A stretch of DNA of 64,000 nucleotides from Mantamonas sphyraenae STR306 (GCA_026936335.1 JAPMXV010000052.1:1-64000); one strand, 5' to 3'; numbered from the stretch's first letter, positions 22,601 to 34,784 are shown. A program made the numbers and translations. Notes: generated by a model not told the origin, from the sequence alone.

Positions 22601-24270
22601 ATCGTTAGCGACGCTTCTCCTGCGTCGTGCTGCTCCTTCATCTTCAGCAACTCCTTCTTCAGCTCTTCGATTTGCTCCTGTTCCAGCGACCGCTCGTCCG
22701 TCTCGGCCATCAGCTCCGTCTGCGTGTCCTCCAGCCGCGCCCGCAGCTCATTTTTCTCACGCAACGTATAGTCCAGCTCCCCTTGGATCAATTCCAGCTC
22801 TGCACGCACTTCGTCCAGCGTCCCTTTCGTGTTTCGTACCTCGCTCTCCAACTGCTGCTTCCGCTGCGACAGGAACAGCACAGAATCTGCCTCCCGTTCA
22901 TACAGATCCCTGTACTCTAGCACTTCGTGCTCAGCTTTGCGCTTCCCTTCTTCCGCCTCCTCCACCGCCCGTTCCAGAGCTCCGATTTGTTCCTTGATTG
23001 CCTCGTCGTTCAGCAGCACTGTGTTGCCATCCTCGTCCTCGTTCACGTACGACCGCAGCACTTCGATTTGCGACTGGTACTTGCTGCGTTCGTTGTGTGC
23101 AATCCGCTCCATCTTGTGGAACAACGATTGGTAGTAGCCCCACAACTTTGCCATCACCTGCCCGCGCTCTGTGCACTGCGCCCACACCTGTCGCATCAGC
23201 TCGTGAAACATGTTCGAGTACACCTCGTTGCACTGTTTCATCAGGTATTCCATCGTCACCGTCCCCTTCCGTTGGATTTCGCTCCGCTCCTGCCGTTGCA
23301 GCCTGCCCAGCAGCTCGTTCAGCGCGTTGTCCAGCATCACTGCGTCTCGCCGAGACGATGGTTTCGACGAAGGGAACACCTGTGTCACCCATTCGTTCTT
23401 GTTTTCTGTGTAGTCACACGCACGCCCCAACCAGATCGGAACCATGTGTCAGCGCCCCATTGCCAATTCCAACCGTTGCACTTCCCACTTCCCTCGCCAC
23501 AAACAACCCCTTCCCAGTCACACTCCTTTCTTGCAACGACTCCACAGACCCCCCTTCCTCGTTGCCCTCCCACCCTCCCCACTTTCCCCACTCCCTTTCC
23601 CAACCACACACCCCAACTCACCGTCGTACACAGCCGCCGACGACGCATCGTTGGTTTGCGGCGGCACGGCGCTCCTCTCAAAGATGTGCAGCTCCTCCGG
23701 CAGCCTCGACTCTGGAATCTGTGTCGATGCATGCCATGCTGTGCTGCTCTTGTCGCTCCGGTACGAGATGTCCTTGCTGCTTGCAGACAACGGCTGGCTC
23801 GAGTGTGGCAATGTGATGCGAGTCAACGCCACCCCGCTTCCTCGACCATCCACCTCCACACCCTCCTCCTCCTCCTCCTCAATCCCAACGTCTCCATACT
23901 CTCTTCGTGTCCTCGATGGCCACCCTTCCTCGTCTTCGAACCGCACTCCCTTGCTGCTCCCGCCTTGCCGCGTTGTCGTTGCTCCGCCTCGCAGCGTCGT
24001 CTCCAATTCTGGCAGTCGCGTGCTCCCATCCACGGACGACGACCCTCCCCCACTCTCATCAAACTCTTCTCGCCCTGCATTCCGCAGCACGTATCCCGAA
24101 AAGTCTTCCACGTCGCTGTCCAGCCGTTCCGCGTCCGTTCGCACCGCCCCGCTCCACGTCGACGTTCGCCCTTCGCTCTCCTTCTCCTCTGCGCCCGTCC
24201 TTCGCACACGTCCTCCCTCTCCGCCTTCGCCCTGCATTCGTCGCGATACTTGCTCCCCGGACACCTGCAT
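16648..24270 (-). CDS. Giant (~2470 aa) coiled-coil protein with an axonemal dynein light chain p28-like domain (AXDND1-like), an IQ-like motif and Glu-rich repeats
   Basis: Exons 24270-23622 and 23405-16648; intron 23406-23621. FPSSKPSSRRDAVMLD...FHELMRQVWAQCTERGQVMAKLW is the Ax_dynein_light signature. IQ-like motif KIQNNWRKYK. Confidence 0.75.
17190..17250. repeat. 12-bp coding minisatellite (EQEV/EKEV repeats)
   Basis: Tandem CTCCACCTCCTG units. Confidence 0.85.
19830..19955. repeat. Degenerate coding repeat (EKEEVE units)
   Basis: Repeated CTCCACCTCCTCCTTCTCC blocks. Confidence 0.75.
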
Positions 24271-24354
24271 GCTGCCAGCACCCTGGACCAAAACGTTCTC
24301 TTGCCTCCCGACGTGCCTGCCCTCCTCCACTCAACCAATTCTGCCTGCCCCGCC

Positions 24355-27300
24355 ATGGTAAGACCCGTCTGCCTCTCCCTCCACCCTCTCCCCCCTCCCC
24401 TCCCGCACCCCTGTCCTCACACCGCATCCCATCCCGTCCCTCCACCCGGCAGAAATCCTCCCTGTGGAACAAGGGCAACAAAGAGCACGGCCACGGGCCC
24501 GTCCACTTTGCTTGGCATCCCAACAGCAACTATCTCGCCTCCTCCGGCGCAAACCGTGTCGTTCACATCTATGGCCGCGGTGGTGACCTCGTCGCAGAGT
24601 TTTCTCTCGCCAGGTGGGTCTTTGGCGCCCAAAATCCATCCGGCCCCCATCACACGCTCACACTCCCTTCCCGACCAACCCCTTCCCCACGCCCGCACAA
24701 ACACACACAGCCCGTGTCTTGACATGGACTGGGACAAGGACGGCGAGAAGCTCGCCGTCATCCAGGTCGAGTCGGGCCTTGTCCACCTCTGGGACATCAA
24801 CACACGCAAGGTGCAAAAGATAGACACAAACAGCAAGGCCCTCTCCTTCCTCAAGTGGTCCAAAGTCGGCCCAGAGGTATGTGGCACTGTCCCTTCTCTC
24901 CTACACCCTCATCTCGCCCGGTCCCTGGCCCCCCAAAACCATGCCGGCCGTTTTTCGCGCGCTCACTTCCTGCGGCCCTACCCACACAGCTTGCCATCGG
25001 CGACGAGAACGGAAACTTGACTCTGTACAACAAAAAGAACTTTCGCAAGGTGCCCATCATGGGCAAGCACACAAAAGCCATCACCTGCGGTGCCTGGAAC
25101 GCAGAGAACCTCCTTGCTCTCGGTGCAATCGACAACTCCCTCAGCATCAACAACAGCGACGGAGACACCATCGAGCACAGCAAACTCCGCGGTACCCCTT
25201 CCGACGTCGTCTTTGCCGACATGAAGGCTGAACGCGAGCGCAGCAGCAGCAAGAGCTCCTCCAAAGAGACTACCGTTTCCTTTGCTCTTGGCCGCCGTAA
25301 CCTCCTGCTTCACAACATGGCTGGCGAAAAGCCCATCGAGCTTGCCTTTCAGGCCAAGTACGGCTCCATTGTTGCCTTTCGATGGTTCGGCGACGGCTAC
25401 ATCATGCTCGGCTTTGAGAGCGGCTACCTCGTGATCATCTCTTCCCGTACGCTGCTAGCATGCCCGGTCCTCTTCCCTTCATCCCCTCCCATTCCTGTCT
25501 CCTTTCCACTAACCGCATCTCTCTCGCCCTTCCGCCACCCATTCCGCAGATCTCGAGGAAATCGGAAGGGAGATCATCTCCTACCAATTCCACCGCAACG
25601 GCCTCGTCGACGTCGAGGTCTCTCCGGAAGTCGGCAAGGTTGCAACGTGCGGAGACAACTGTGTCAAGATCATCGACCTCAGTGACTGGCAGGAGCTCAA
25701 GACCGAAACCATGATCCTCGAGCAGGAAAACAACCTCATGTACAAGCTCGGCTGGTCTCCCGACGGCCAGATCCTCACCCTCGCTACAAAGAGCGGCTTT
25801 ATCTACAACTTTCTCACCTCTCTCCCCTCTCTCTACAGCAGCTACAACCACAACGTCCTCTGCCTCACCTCTCTGCGAGAGCTCACCATCCGCGACGCCC
25901 TCAACCCAAAGGCAAAGAGCATCTCACTGCCCATTGACCTCGAGCCTTCCCTTGTCGCCCTCGGTCCATCCCATGCAGCCATTGGCATGAACAATCACGC
26001 TTGGTTCTACCACATTGCCCCCGGCCAGCAAAGCAGCAGCTCATCCGCCTCGGCAGGCTCTGCCATCTTTGTCAACGAACGCGAGTACAACCTCTCCATC
26101 GACGCCATTCATCTCGGCCAAGAGTACGCCGCCATCCTCACAGAGGGTGTCCTCATTGTCCACAGCATCGAAGCCAGCGACGCCGACGAATGGACCTATC
26201 CCGACGAGAGCAAGGGCGACAGCGACGCCGCCGTCACCGCCGTCTGCATCACAGACAACTTTCTCATCTTTGGCACCGACCAGGGGAAAATCCTCTACCT
26301 CGATCTGCACGAGTGGACCCTCGTCAACGATCGCCAGATGAAAAACGCCCGCCACATCCGCACCCTCAGCGCAAACAGCAGCGGCACACGCGTCCTCTAC
26401 ATCGGCGACAACGGCTCCGCCTGTCTCTTCAACCCCGTAGACTACACAGAGGTTGCCGTGCCCGACATGCCCTCAGCCTGCGAAAAGATCATCTGGGACC
26501 TCGCCGACTTTGGCGTCTTCCTCGCCATCGACAAGCACGACATCTACGTCTATGTCTACGACCCCATCACCCTCCGTGGCCCAACCATCACCATGATCGG
26601 CAGCACAGAGCGCCCGGCAAATTGTAACCCTATCCTTTGTGTCAATGGCGCCGTGTACTTCCAAAACACAAGTGGCCACCTCGACAAGCTCGTCCTCAGC
26701 ACACACCGCTCCATCACGGGTTCCCTCTCTTCGATGAGCACCCAGCAGATCCAGTCCTGCTTCACCCAAAGTGTCGCTCTCGGTCATATCAAGGACGCCT
26801 GGGACGTCGCACGCAACATCGACGAGGACGACGTCTGGCGCGCCCTCGCCAAGAAGGCCATGGAGACTCTCGACCTCGAGCTTGCCCTCGCCTGCTTCCG
26901 CGAGCTCAACAACCCGGGCATGGTCCTCAGCATCAAGAACATCATGCACATCGAGGAACAAAACCTCCTCTGCGGCCACGTCGCCATGCTCTTTGAAGAC
27001 TACTCCTACGCCCAGGAGTGTTTCCTCAAGTCCTCCAAGCCCATCCTGGCTCTGGAGATGCAGCGTGACCTCTTCAGCTGGGAGCAGGCCCTCATGATGG
27101 CACGCCAGCTCGCGCCCGAGGAGGTGCCCAACATCTCCCGCCAGTACGCCCAGCAGCTCGAACTCAACGGAGAGGTGCAAAAGGCCACGCGAATGTACAG
27201 CGAGGCGCTGAACAACGCCGTCACCGACGAGCAAATCGAGCTGTGCGAGGCCGGTCTGGCGCGCGTCCTCATCCGTGCCAACGAGATCACAAAGGGCGTC

Positions 27301-28864
27301 AAGATGGCCATGGCCAGCAACAACCCGCAGCTTTGCAGCGAGTGTGCCCTCCTTCTCGAAAGCCAGAAGCAGTACGCAGAGGCCGCCACCCTCTACAAGC
27401 AGGCCGGCAACTTTGACAAGGCGGCCGCCATCTTTATCAAGCTCAAGAACGTGCGCGAGGTGGGCAAGATCATCGACATGATCACCTCCCCCAAGCTCCA
27501 CGCACAGTACGCTGAGGCCATGGAGAACGAAGGCGAATACGTTGCCGCGGAAAAGGCCTATGAGCGCGCCAAGCAGTTTGACAAGGTTGTTGAACTCAAC
27601 CTGGAGAAGCTGCAGAATCCTCAGAAGGCCTTCAACATGGTACGCGAGACACGCAGCCCCGAGGGCGCCGTTCTCGTCGCCAACTTTTGCAGGCGCAACA
27701 GCGACGTGGCCTCCGCCATCGAGTTCCTCCTCATTGGCAACATGAACGACGACGCGTTTGAGCTCGCGCGCAGCAATGACCGCATGGAAGAGTACGCTCA
27801 GGCGCTGGGCGACCAGGGTAGCGACGAGGAGTACCAACGCATCGCCAGCCACTTTGAGGCGCAGGAAAGGTTTGGTCCTGCTGGGGACTACTATGTGCGC
27901 TGCGCGCAGTACATGAAAGCGCTGCGTCTGTTCCAACGTGCCGGTGGCGACTATCTCATCCACGCAGTCAACATGGTCGGCGTGGCCCAGGACGACGCCA
28001 TCACGAGCCGCCTCGTGGATCACCTGCTGGGCGTTGATGGCCAGGTGCAGAACCCATACTACATCTACCTGTTGTACATCGAGCTGAACAACTTGTCTGA
28101 AGCGGCATCCACCGCGCAGATGATTGCCGACGCCGCACGCGAAGAGGGCGACTACAAGCGTGCCCACGAAATGCTCTTTGAGTGCTCCACCGAGCTGGTC
28201 AAGCGAGGCACGCCTGTACCGCGGGAGATGCGCCAGCACTTGATGCTCCTCCACAGCTATTCGCTTGTCGGCAAGCTCGTGCGAAAAGGAGAGCATCTCA
28301 ACGCAGCCCGCCTGCTCATCCGTGTGGCCAAGAACATCTCCCTGTTCCCCGACCATGTGGTGCAGATTCTCACCTCCTGCGTGATCGAGTGCACACGTGC
28401 AAAGCCAGAGCTCAAGAAGAGCGCCTTTGAGTGGGCCACCCTCCTCATGCGGCCTGAATACCGCCAGATGATCGACGCCAAGCACAAACGCAAGATGGAG
28501 ACCTTTGTGCGCAAGGCCAGCAGCCGCAAAGCTGAAGATCCCGAGGAAGCTACAGCCCCGTGTCCGTTCTGCGACTACGCGCACCTGGAAGAGAGCAGCC
28601 TCGACTGTCCCAACTGCAAGAACCTGCTGCCTTTCTGCATCCTGTCGGGCAAGCACATGGTGCGCAGCGACTATGCCCAATGTCCGTCGTGCAAGTCGCC
28701 CGCTCTGCACTCGGCCGGCAATCTCTTCTTTGTCGATGGCGACCAGGTTCTGGATGCCTTTGAGTGCCCAATGTGCCACAACGCCATCCATCGCCAAGAG
28801 TTTGCTCGTCTCGGCGACAAGGAGATCGATGCGTCCCTCAAGATGATGAGTGGCGGCAGTGGAG

Positions 28865-28912
<48 letters not shown>

Positions 28913-28917
28913 TGTGA
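24355..28917 (+). CDS. IFT144: Intraflagellar transport protein 144 (WDR19, IFT-A)
   Basis: Exons 24355-24357, 24453-24613, 24711-24876, 24990-25446 and 25550-28917, all GT-AG and in frame. WD40 region (DMDWDKDGE, KVPIMGKHTKAITCGAW, WFGDGYIMLGF), TPR region, RVAKNISLFP.HVVQILTSCVIEC, and a C-terminal Cys finger. Confidence 0.97.
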
Positions 28918-28985
28918 TGTGAGAGGAGCAAAATTCATTGTGCACTTCATGCAGTGCCCATCAATTCCCTTCATCAGCGCCCTGT

Positions 28986-29639
28986 TCACGTTGTGTACAC
29001 CATCTGGATCTCAAAGCTGAACAGCCTGTTCCTCCACGGGTTTGCGATGAGATTCTGCTTCTCCTCGTCCTCGACGTCTTCAAACTTGTCGACAAGCTCG
29101 CGGTACTCACTTTCATGCCTGTGGTACTTGTTGCGCTTGCTGGTCTCTTGGAAAATATCCTGGTGCAACTGTGCACGCTCACGGTACACTTCGCTGAGCT
29201 GGACGTACTGCAGCAGCTCGTGCATCTTGACGGCTGTCTTGGACGACGACGAGCTGTGGCCCATGGCCATGTCCAGACAGTTGATGACCTCGTCCAGCAG
29301 CTCCATGCGCTCGCTGCGGTTGTCCACCGCCGTGTGTTCGTACAACAGCCAGTTGATGCAGGCCGCGTTGCCCTGCATACCCACATGCATGTCTGGGTAT
29401 GCCTTGAGGTCGAAAAAGCGCATGGCAAACTCGTAACGCGACAACGAGTCTTCCAGATCCGCACGGAAGCCGCTTGCATCACCCAGTTTCTCCTTGCACA
29501 GCGCTCGCTCAAACAGAATCTCGCCGATCCGCATGTTTACGTTGGCCACCATGCTCTTGTTGATACGCACAGCATCCTCGCGCATCTTCAGTGTCATTTC
29601 GCGGACCTTGGCCTCTTTCTCTTCTTGTGTGGGAGCCGC

Positions 29640-29693
<54 letters not shown>

Positions 29694-30862
29694 AGACGAC
29701 GAAGAGGATGACCCGGCAAAGGACTCCTTCGCCTCGTTCAGTGCGCTCTCTGCGTTCTTCTGAGACTCGGTAAAGGTGAGCAGAGCCTCGTTAGTGGTGG
29801 AATAGGCCAGGTCCAGGTGAGCCATGCGGGCCTGAACGGACGAGGTGTCCTCGTCCTTGTCCAAAGCCATGGGGAGCGTGGCTGCAAAGCGGCGGTCTCC
29901 CAGGCCACGCTTCATGTGCAGACGTGCAAGGTGCAGCTTGGCCTGTGCGATGCGGTTCAAGCGGTTGTCCTCGCTCAGGCCTTCCTCGGAGTTGGTCTCC
30001 GAATACATTTCCACGAGCGACTCGAAGATCGCGTAGGCATTGTCAACCTCTGCCCAGCGCTCCTCCTCCACGATGGCAGCACGACGCTCGTGAAGCACTG
30101 CCATGCTCTCCTTAATTGTGCCCAGCGTATTGCCCACAATATCTTCGTCCTGGATGCCTGCCTCATAGTACTTGATGGCGTTCTCCACGTGTTCGCGCAG
30201 GTTGCCCTCCGTCATGCGGTTGTAGCAACTGGCCAGCAGCAGACGTGTCTCGGTCAGCACCGTGAGGACCTCTTCGCCTGTCACGTCGTCGCTCTCGTAG
30301 TACTCCAGGCACAGCTTGCCGTACTTGCAGGCCAGGCGCAGGTTCTTGTTGGTGTCGTCCACTTGCCTCCTTGCGTACAAGCGGGTAAGCAGCGCCGCAT
30401 CCAGAGCTGTCATGCGCTTCTCGCCCTCGCCTTGCTCGCCTTCGGACATTGCACGGCGCACCTTCCATGTAGCGATCACCAGGGCAGCTTCGGCAAGTGG
30501 CTGTGCATACGGTCCGGAATACGAGGCAAACATGCTGGAGATGCGGTGCAGCACCATGAGGAGCACACCTGTGATGTTGGACTGCTTGTCTGCAGGCAGT
30601 TCCTTGCCGCCCGGGTTGCGGATGCCGATCAGCACGCCCTCGCACAACGAAGGCAACATATCCACCATCTGCTGGTCAAACAGGTGTACCACGCTGGCCA
30701 TCACCTGCTGCACCTTGTCACTGCTGCTGGCACCCGTTGCCTCTGTGTTTGTGATTTCACTCAGCATCGCCAGCACGATCTTCACGAACCCCTGCGCGTA
30801 CTTGTTTCCGTCCTCTGACACATCCAGATCCACGCTGATCTGCTGGCCTCCTGCCGCAGACA

Positions 30863-30893
<31 letters not shown>

Positions 30894-31923
30894 TGCTCCG
30901 CTCAGATCTGTGCTGCGTTGCTTGCCCTTGTTGCTGCGAGTTTTGGGCGTGGCTGCGGTCGAGCCTCCCGACACGGCTTTTGCTGCCGCTGCCTGTGCCT
31001 CTGCAGCCGTGGCCTGCTTCTCCTGCTCCAACTCCGCCTTGGTTTTCACGTTCTTTGCACGCAGGTCGTTGATCTCTTCACGGCAGTCCTCCCACATGTC
31101 CGCAGGCATGGTCTCCCGATTGGCCTTGGCCTCCAGCAGCTGCTCCAGCGCCTCCTGGTCCTTCTCCAGGTTTGTGAGGGCCTTGCCCAGGTGATAGCGC
31201 GCACAACCGTCGTTCTCGTCAAACTCGATGGCATTGCGTGCCGCCTTGACCGCCTCGCCCCAGCGCTCGTGCTGCACGAGAACGTGGCACTGAAGCGCAT
31301 ACACTTTGCTCAGCACCTCGGACAACAGATCCCACTCGGGCTCCTGGTCGTCCACCTTGAGGATGTTCTGTGCTTGCGGGTGTACGGTTCACGGCAAAAA
31401 TTGCAAGTGTGTCGTGTGTCCGGCGAGTGTGAGTGCGTGCAGGAGCCGCGGCCGTCCGTCCGTTCGTTTGCGCATGCTCGCCAGCCCTACCTTGCGTGCC
31501 ATCTCCAGGCGGTGCACCACCTTCTTGTAATCAAAGTCATCCTTGCGCTTCAGCGCACGTTCGTACTGTTTGATTGCCTCCAGTCCATTCTCTGCAGTGA
31601 GTTCGGGCAGGCGTGAATGTGGTCCGTGTCAGGAAAAAGCGCCGAGCCTGCCGACTTGCACACCACCTCAGTGTCGGTCACGTACCAGACAGCTCGTCGT
31701 CGTCGTACGAATCCAGCTGCAGAAATGCCTCTGTGGTGAGCATGCGCTTGTTCTCGTCCCCATTGCTCTGTTTGCTCGGTGTGTCGTCCGACAAATACCA
31801 CCACGCACCCACAGCCGCCACAGTTGCAGTGGCTGCCATGCCCAGGATCGCACCGGTCGACCAGCCACTGCTTGTGCTTGTCTCGCTGTTGTTCGCGCCT
31901 GTGTTGCTGTTCTGCGCGCTCAT
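28986..31923 (-). CDS. TPR/helical-repeat protein with an N-terminal signal-anchor helix
   Basis: Exons 31923-31686, 31591-31491 and 31367-28986. Introns 31592-31685 and 31368-31490. TM segment AILGMAATATVAAVGAWWYL; TPR WGEAVKAARNAIEFDENDGCARYHLGKALTNL. Confidence 0.8.
29641..29690. repeat. (CTG)n / (AGC)n microsatellite encoding poly-Ser
   Basis: About 16 perfect units. Similar poly-Ser AGC tracts lie at 28867-28908, 30865-30892 and 63283-63348. Confidence 0.95.
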
Positions 31924-31985
31924 TTGCTGTGTCCTGCGCGGCGCACCTGGGAGCACACCAAAACAACGCAGCATTCAGCCCATTC

Positions 31986-33278
31986 ATGAGCAAAAAGAAA
32001 AGCCTGGACCCTTTGGCCAAGGTGGCATCCACCATCCAAATCGACCGCTCGGGCCTGGTGTCTCCTGTGCGCGCAAGATCTGCAGAAGTGCTCGCAAAGA
32101 AGCAGCCACTCACACCGCTCGCAGAGGAGCTCGTGGGCCAGATCCAGACGCGTGGACCCATCAGCGTGGCCTCGTACATGCGCGAGGTGTTGTTGCACCC
32201 AGAACACGGCTACTACACCTCCAACGAGGTCTTTGGCGCCGCGGGCGACTTTGTGACCTCGCCCGAGATTTCACAGATGTTTGGCGAGCTCCTGGGTGTA
32301 TGGATGGTTGCCTGCTGGCGACAGCTTGGAGAACCGCCCCAGTTGAATGTGTTGGAACTTGGTCCGGGCAGGGGCACGCTCATGGACGACGTGCTTCGCT
32401 CGACGCGAGTGTTTCCTGCCTTTCAGAATGCCCTGCACGTTCATTTGGTCGAAGCGTCCTCCAAGATGCGGGACCAACAGAGCAAACGCATGGAGCAGCA
32501 CGTTGATGTGCCTGTGCAGTGGCACGACCGTCTGCCGTCGTCTCTGGAGAAGCCTGCCCCGGTCCTTCTTCTTGCACACGAGTTTCTCGATGCTCTGCCT
32601 GTGTTTCAATTCCAGTACACAGAGCGTGGCTGGTGCGAGCGCTTGGTCGATGTGGACGACAGTGCAGACTCTCCATACCATCTGCGCTTTGTGCTGAGCC
32701 CATCGCCCACGCCGGCTTCGCGTGCGCTCATGCCCAAGGATTTCCGTCCCAAGAAGGGCACCATGCTGGAGGTCTGCCCCGATGCCATCATGACGGTGCA
32801 AGACACGGCGGCACTGTTGCAGAAACACACCGGAGCGGCGCTATTTATTGACTACGGTGAGGACAAGCCGCAAGCAAACTCGCTGCAGGCCGTGCGCGCT
32901 CACAAGCACACCCATGTGTTTGATAGTCCCGGCAAGAGCGACGTGACGGCTCTTGTGGACTTTGCTTCACTGGCACACAACGCACGTGGTGTGTCACCTC
33001 CGCAACAGGCCGGCGGCGACTCTGGTCTGCTGCACGTGCACGGTCCGTTGGCACAGGCCAACTTCCTGGCCAATCTTGGCCTGGGGCCGCGTGTACATGC
33101 CCTTTTGGAACAGACCAAGGACGAGCCGGACAAGCAGCGCATGCTTGTATCACAGGCTGAGCGCTTGATCGACACCTCTAGCGACACGAGCATGGGCTCC
33201 CTGTTCAAAGCGCTTGCGTTGGCCAACATGCCTGACGCCGCCGAGTATGTGCCTGGCTTTGAGGTGTTCCGTAAATGA
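31986..33278 (+). CDS. NDUFAF7: Protein arginine methyltransferase NDUFAF7/MidA (complex I assembly)
   Basis: Motifs GPISVASYMREVLLHPEHGYY, GDFVTSPEISQMFGELLG, LELGPGRGTLM, AHEFLDALP, IDYG and PGKSDVTALVDF. Confidence 0.96.
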   Translation: MSKKKSLDPLAKVASTIQIDRSGLVSPVRARSAEVLAKKQPLTPLAEELVGQIQTRGPISVASYMREVLLHPEHGYYTSNEVFGAAGDFVTSPEISQMFGELLGVWMVACWRQLGEPPQLNVLELGPGRGTLMDDVLRSTRVFPAFQNALHVHLVEASSKMRDQQSKRMEQHVDVPVQWHDRLPSSLEKPAPVLLLAHEFLDALPVFQFQYTERGWCERLVDVDDSADSPYHLRFVLSPSPTPASRALMPKDFRPKKGTMLEVCPDAIMTVQDTAALLQKHTGAALFIDYGEDKPQANSLQAVRAHKHTHVFDSPGKSDVTALVDFASLAHNARGVSPPQQAGGDSGLLHVHGPLAQANFLANLGLGPRVHALLEQTKDEPDKQRMLVSQAERLIDTSSDTSMGSLFKALALANMPDAAEYVPGFEVFRK

Positions 33279-34207
33279 GCACAATGAACGAATTCCGAGA
33301 CGAGGCGCCACCTGCTCCAACACACTTGTTTTCTGGTTCGTTTGGAGAGAACAGTGAGCGATGGGCGTACAGAGAGTGGCCTTGCTGTGTCGGGAGGACG
33401 TGTGGCACACACTCGCCAGCACTCGCAGGCGAGGATGTGGCCGTGTGTAGGCCCCAGAGGGTGCAAGGTTTGGAAATGGCGACGGAACGCTGACGGCTTG
33501 AATCACCCCTCACAGACCATAGGACGAGGCGGGCGCAGTCGATGAGCGGCGTAAATGGAGGCGGTAACGCGCAATACAACCAATCGGCGTCAAGCGACCT
33601 TCTAGCGATGCTAAAGAGTGCGTGAGGCGTGCAAGAGGCAGGCAGCCCGAAGCTGAGGAAAAGGCGCGGAGGGAAGAACTGACACAGGGCGGGCGCAAAC
33701 CACAGACGACGGTCAGGGTGGCCAAGGTTCCAATGCAGAGACAGACGATTTCCCAGCACTGGGCGGCCAGCCAATGGCGGGTGGCACATATGTACAGGCC
33801 AACGTGCAGAACGGCGGCTTCAGGAGAATGCACGGCGGCGAGAGCGACTTTCCACCCATCCAGGGTGGAGGCGACGACTTCCCGGCGCTGTCCGACACTG
33901 GAAGCAACGGAAGCGGATCACTGGGAGGTGGTCTGTCGTCAAACGGAGTGCAGCAAGTGCAGAGCAACCTATCGCGCGGCGGAGGCGGCGGAGGCGGCGG
34001 CGGAGGCGGCTACATGTACCAGCCGCAGCCGCAATCGTACCAAGCGTACAACCAGCAGCAGCGCCATCAGGGAGCCTATCAACAACACCAGCAACACCAG
34101 CAGCAACAGATCCAAACGCAAGCGTATGGCAACAGCCAGGGCAACACGAGCAAGAGCAGCAACGTAGGGGGCGGCAGCGGCAGCAGCAGCGGCAAGATGA
34201 AGAACAG

Positions 34208-34250
<43 letters not shown>

Positions 34251-34784
34251 GGAGGAGGAGGAGGCGACGATGACGAAGACTTGGGCAAGTGGGGCCTGCT
34301 GGGCCTTTTGGAAATGCTGCACAACTCGTACGCAGAACTGAATGGGACGGATCTGACGACACTGGGCCTCAATCTGAACAGCACAGAGGCATTGTACGCC
34401 ACATTCGGGTCGCCATGGAGCGGCACCCCGAGGCCGTCGATCCCAGAGTACGCCTTGCCGGCGTCGTACAGTACAAAGAAGATCCCGGAACCGAGTGAAC
34501 GCATGTCCAGCTTCACAGACGAGACTCTGATGTACCTGTTCTACTCCATGCCGGGCGATCAGGCGCAGCTCGACGCAGCGGCCGAGCTGGTCAAGCGCAA
34601 GTGGCGCTACCACAAGGACATGCGCGCCTGGTTCACCGTCAACCCGGGATCCGAGCCCGTGTCCATCAGCAACACAGCCGAGACAGGCAACTACATTGTG
34701 TTTGACCCGCAGTCGTGGGAAACGGTTAGGCAGGACGGCATCACAGTCGACATCAGCCAGGTTGAGCAGTTTGGCCTGCAGTAG
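33275..34784 (+). CDS. CNOT2: CCR4-NOT subunit NOT2
   Basis: Exons 33275 (or 33284)-33353, 33516-33617 and 33688-34784; introns 33354-33515 and 33618-33687 join in frame. DFPAL motifs, GTDLTTLGLNLNS..LYATFGSPW, and NOT box ETLMYLFYSMPGDQAQ..WRYHK. The start could alternatively be ATG 33542. Confidence 0.92.

Noticed and set aside
24271-24365. Possible RFX X-box between two ciliary genes
   Set aside because: Only a partial match (GCCATGGTAA), which is explained by the start codon plus splice donor.
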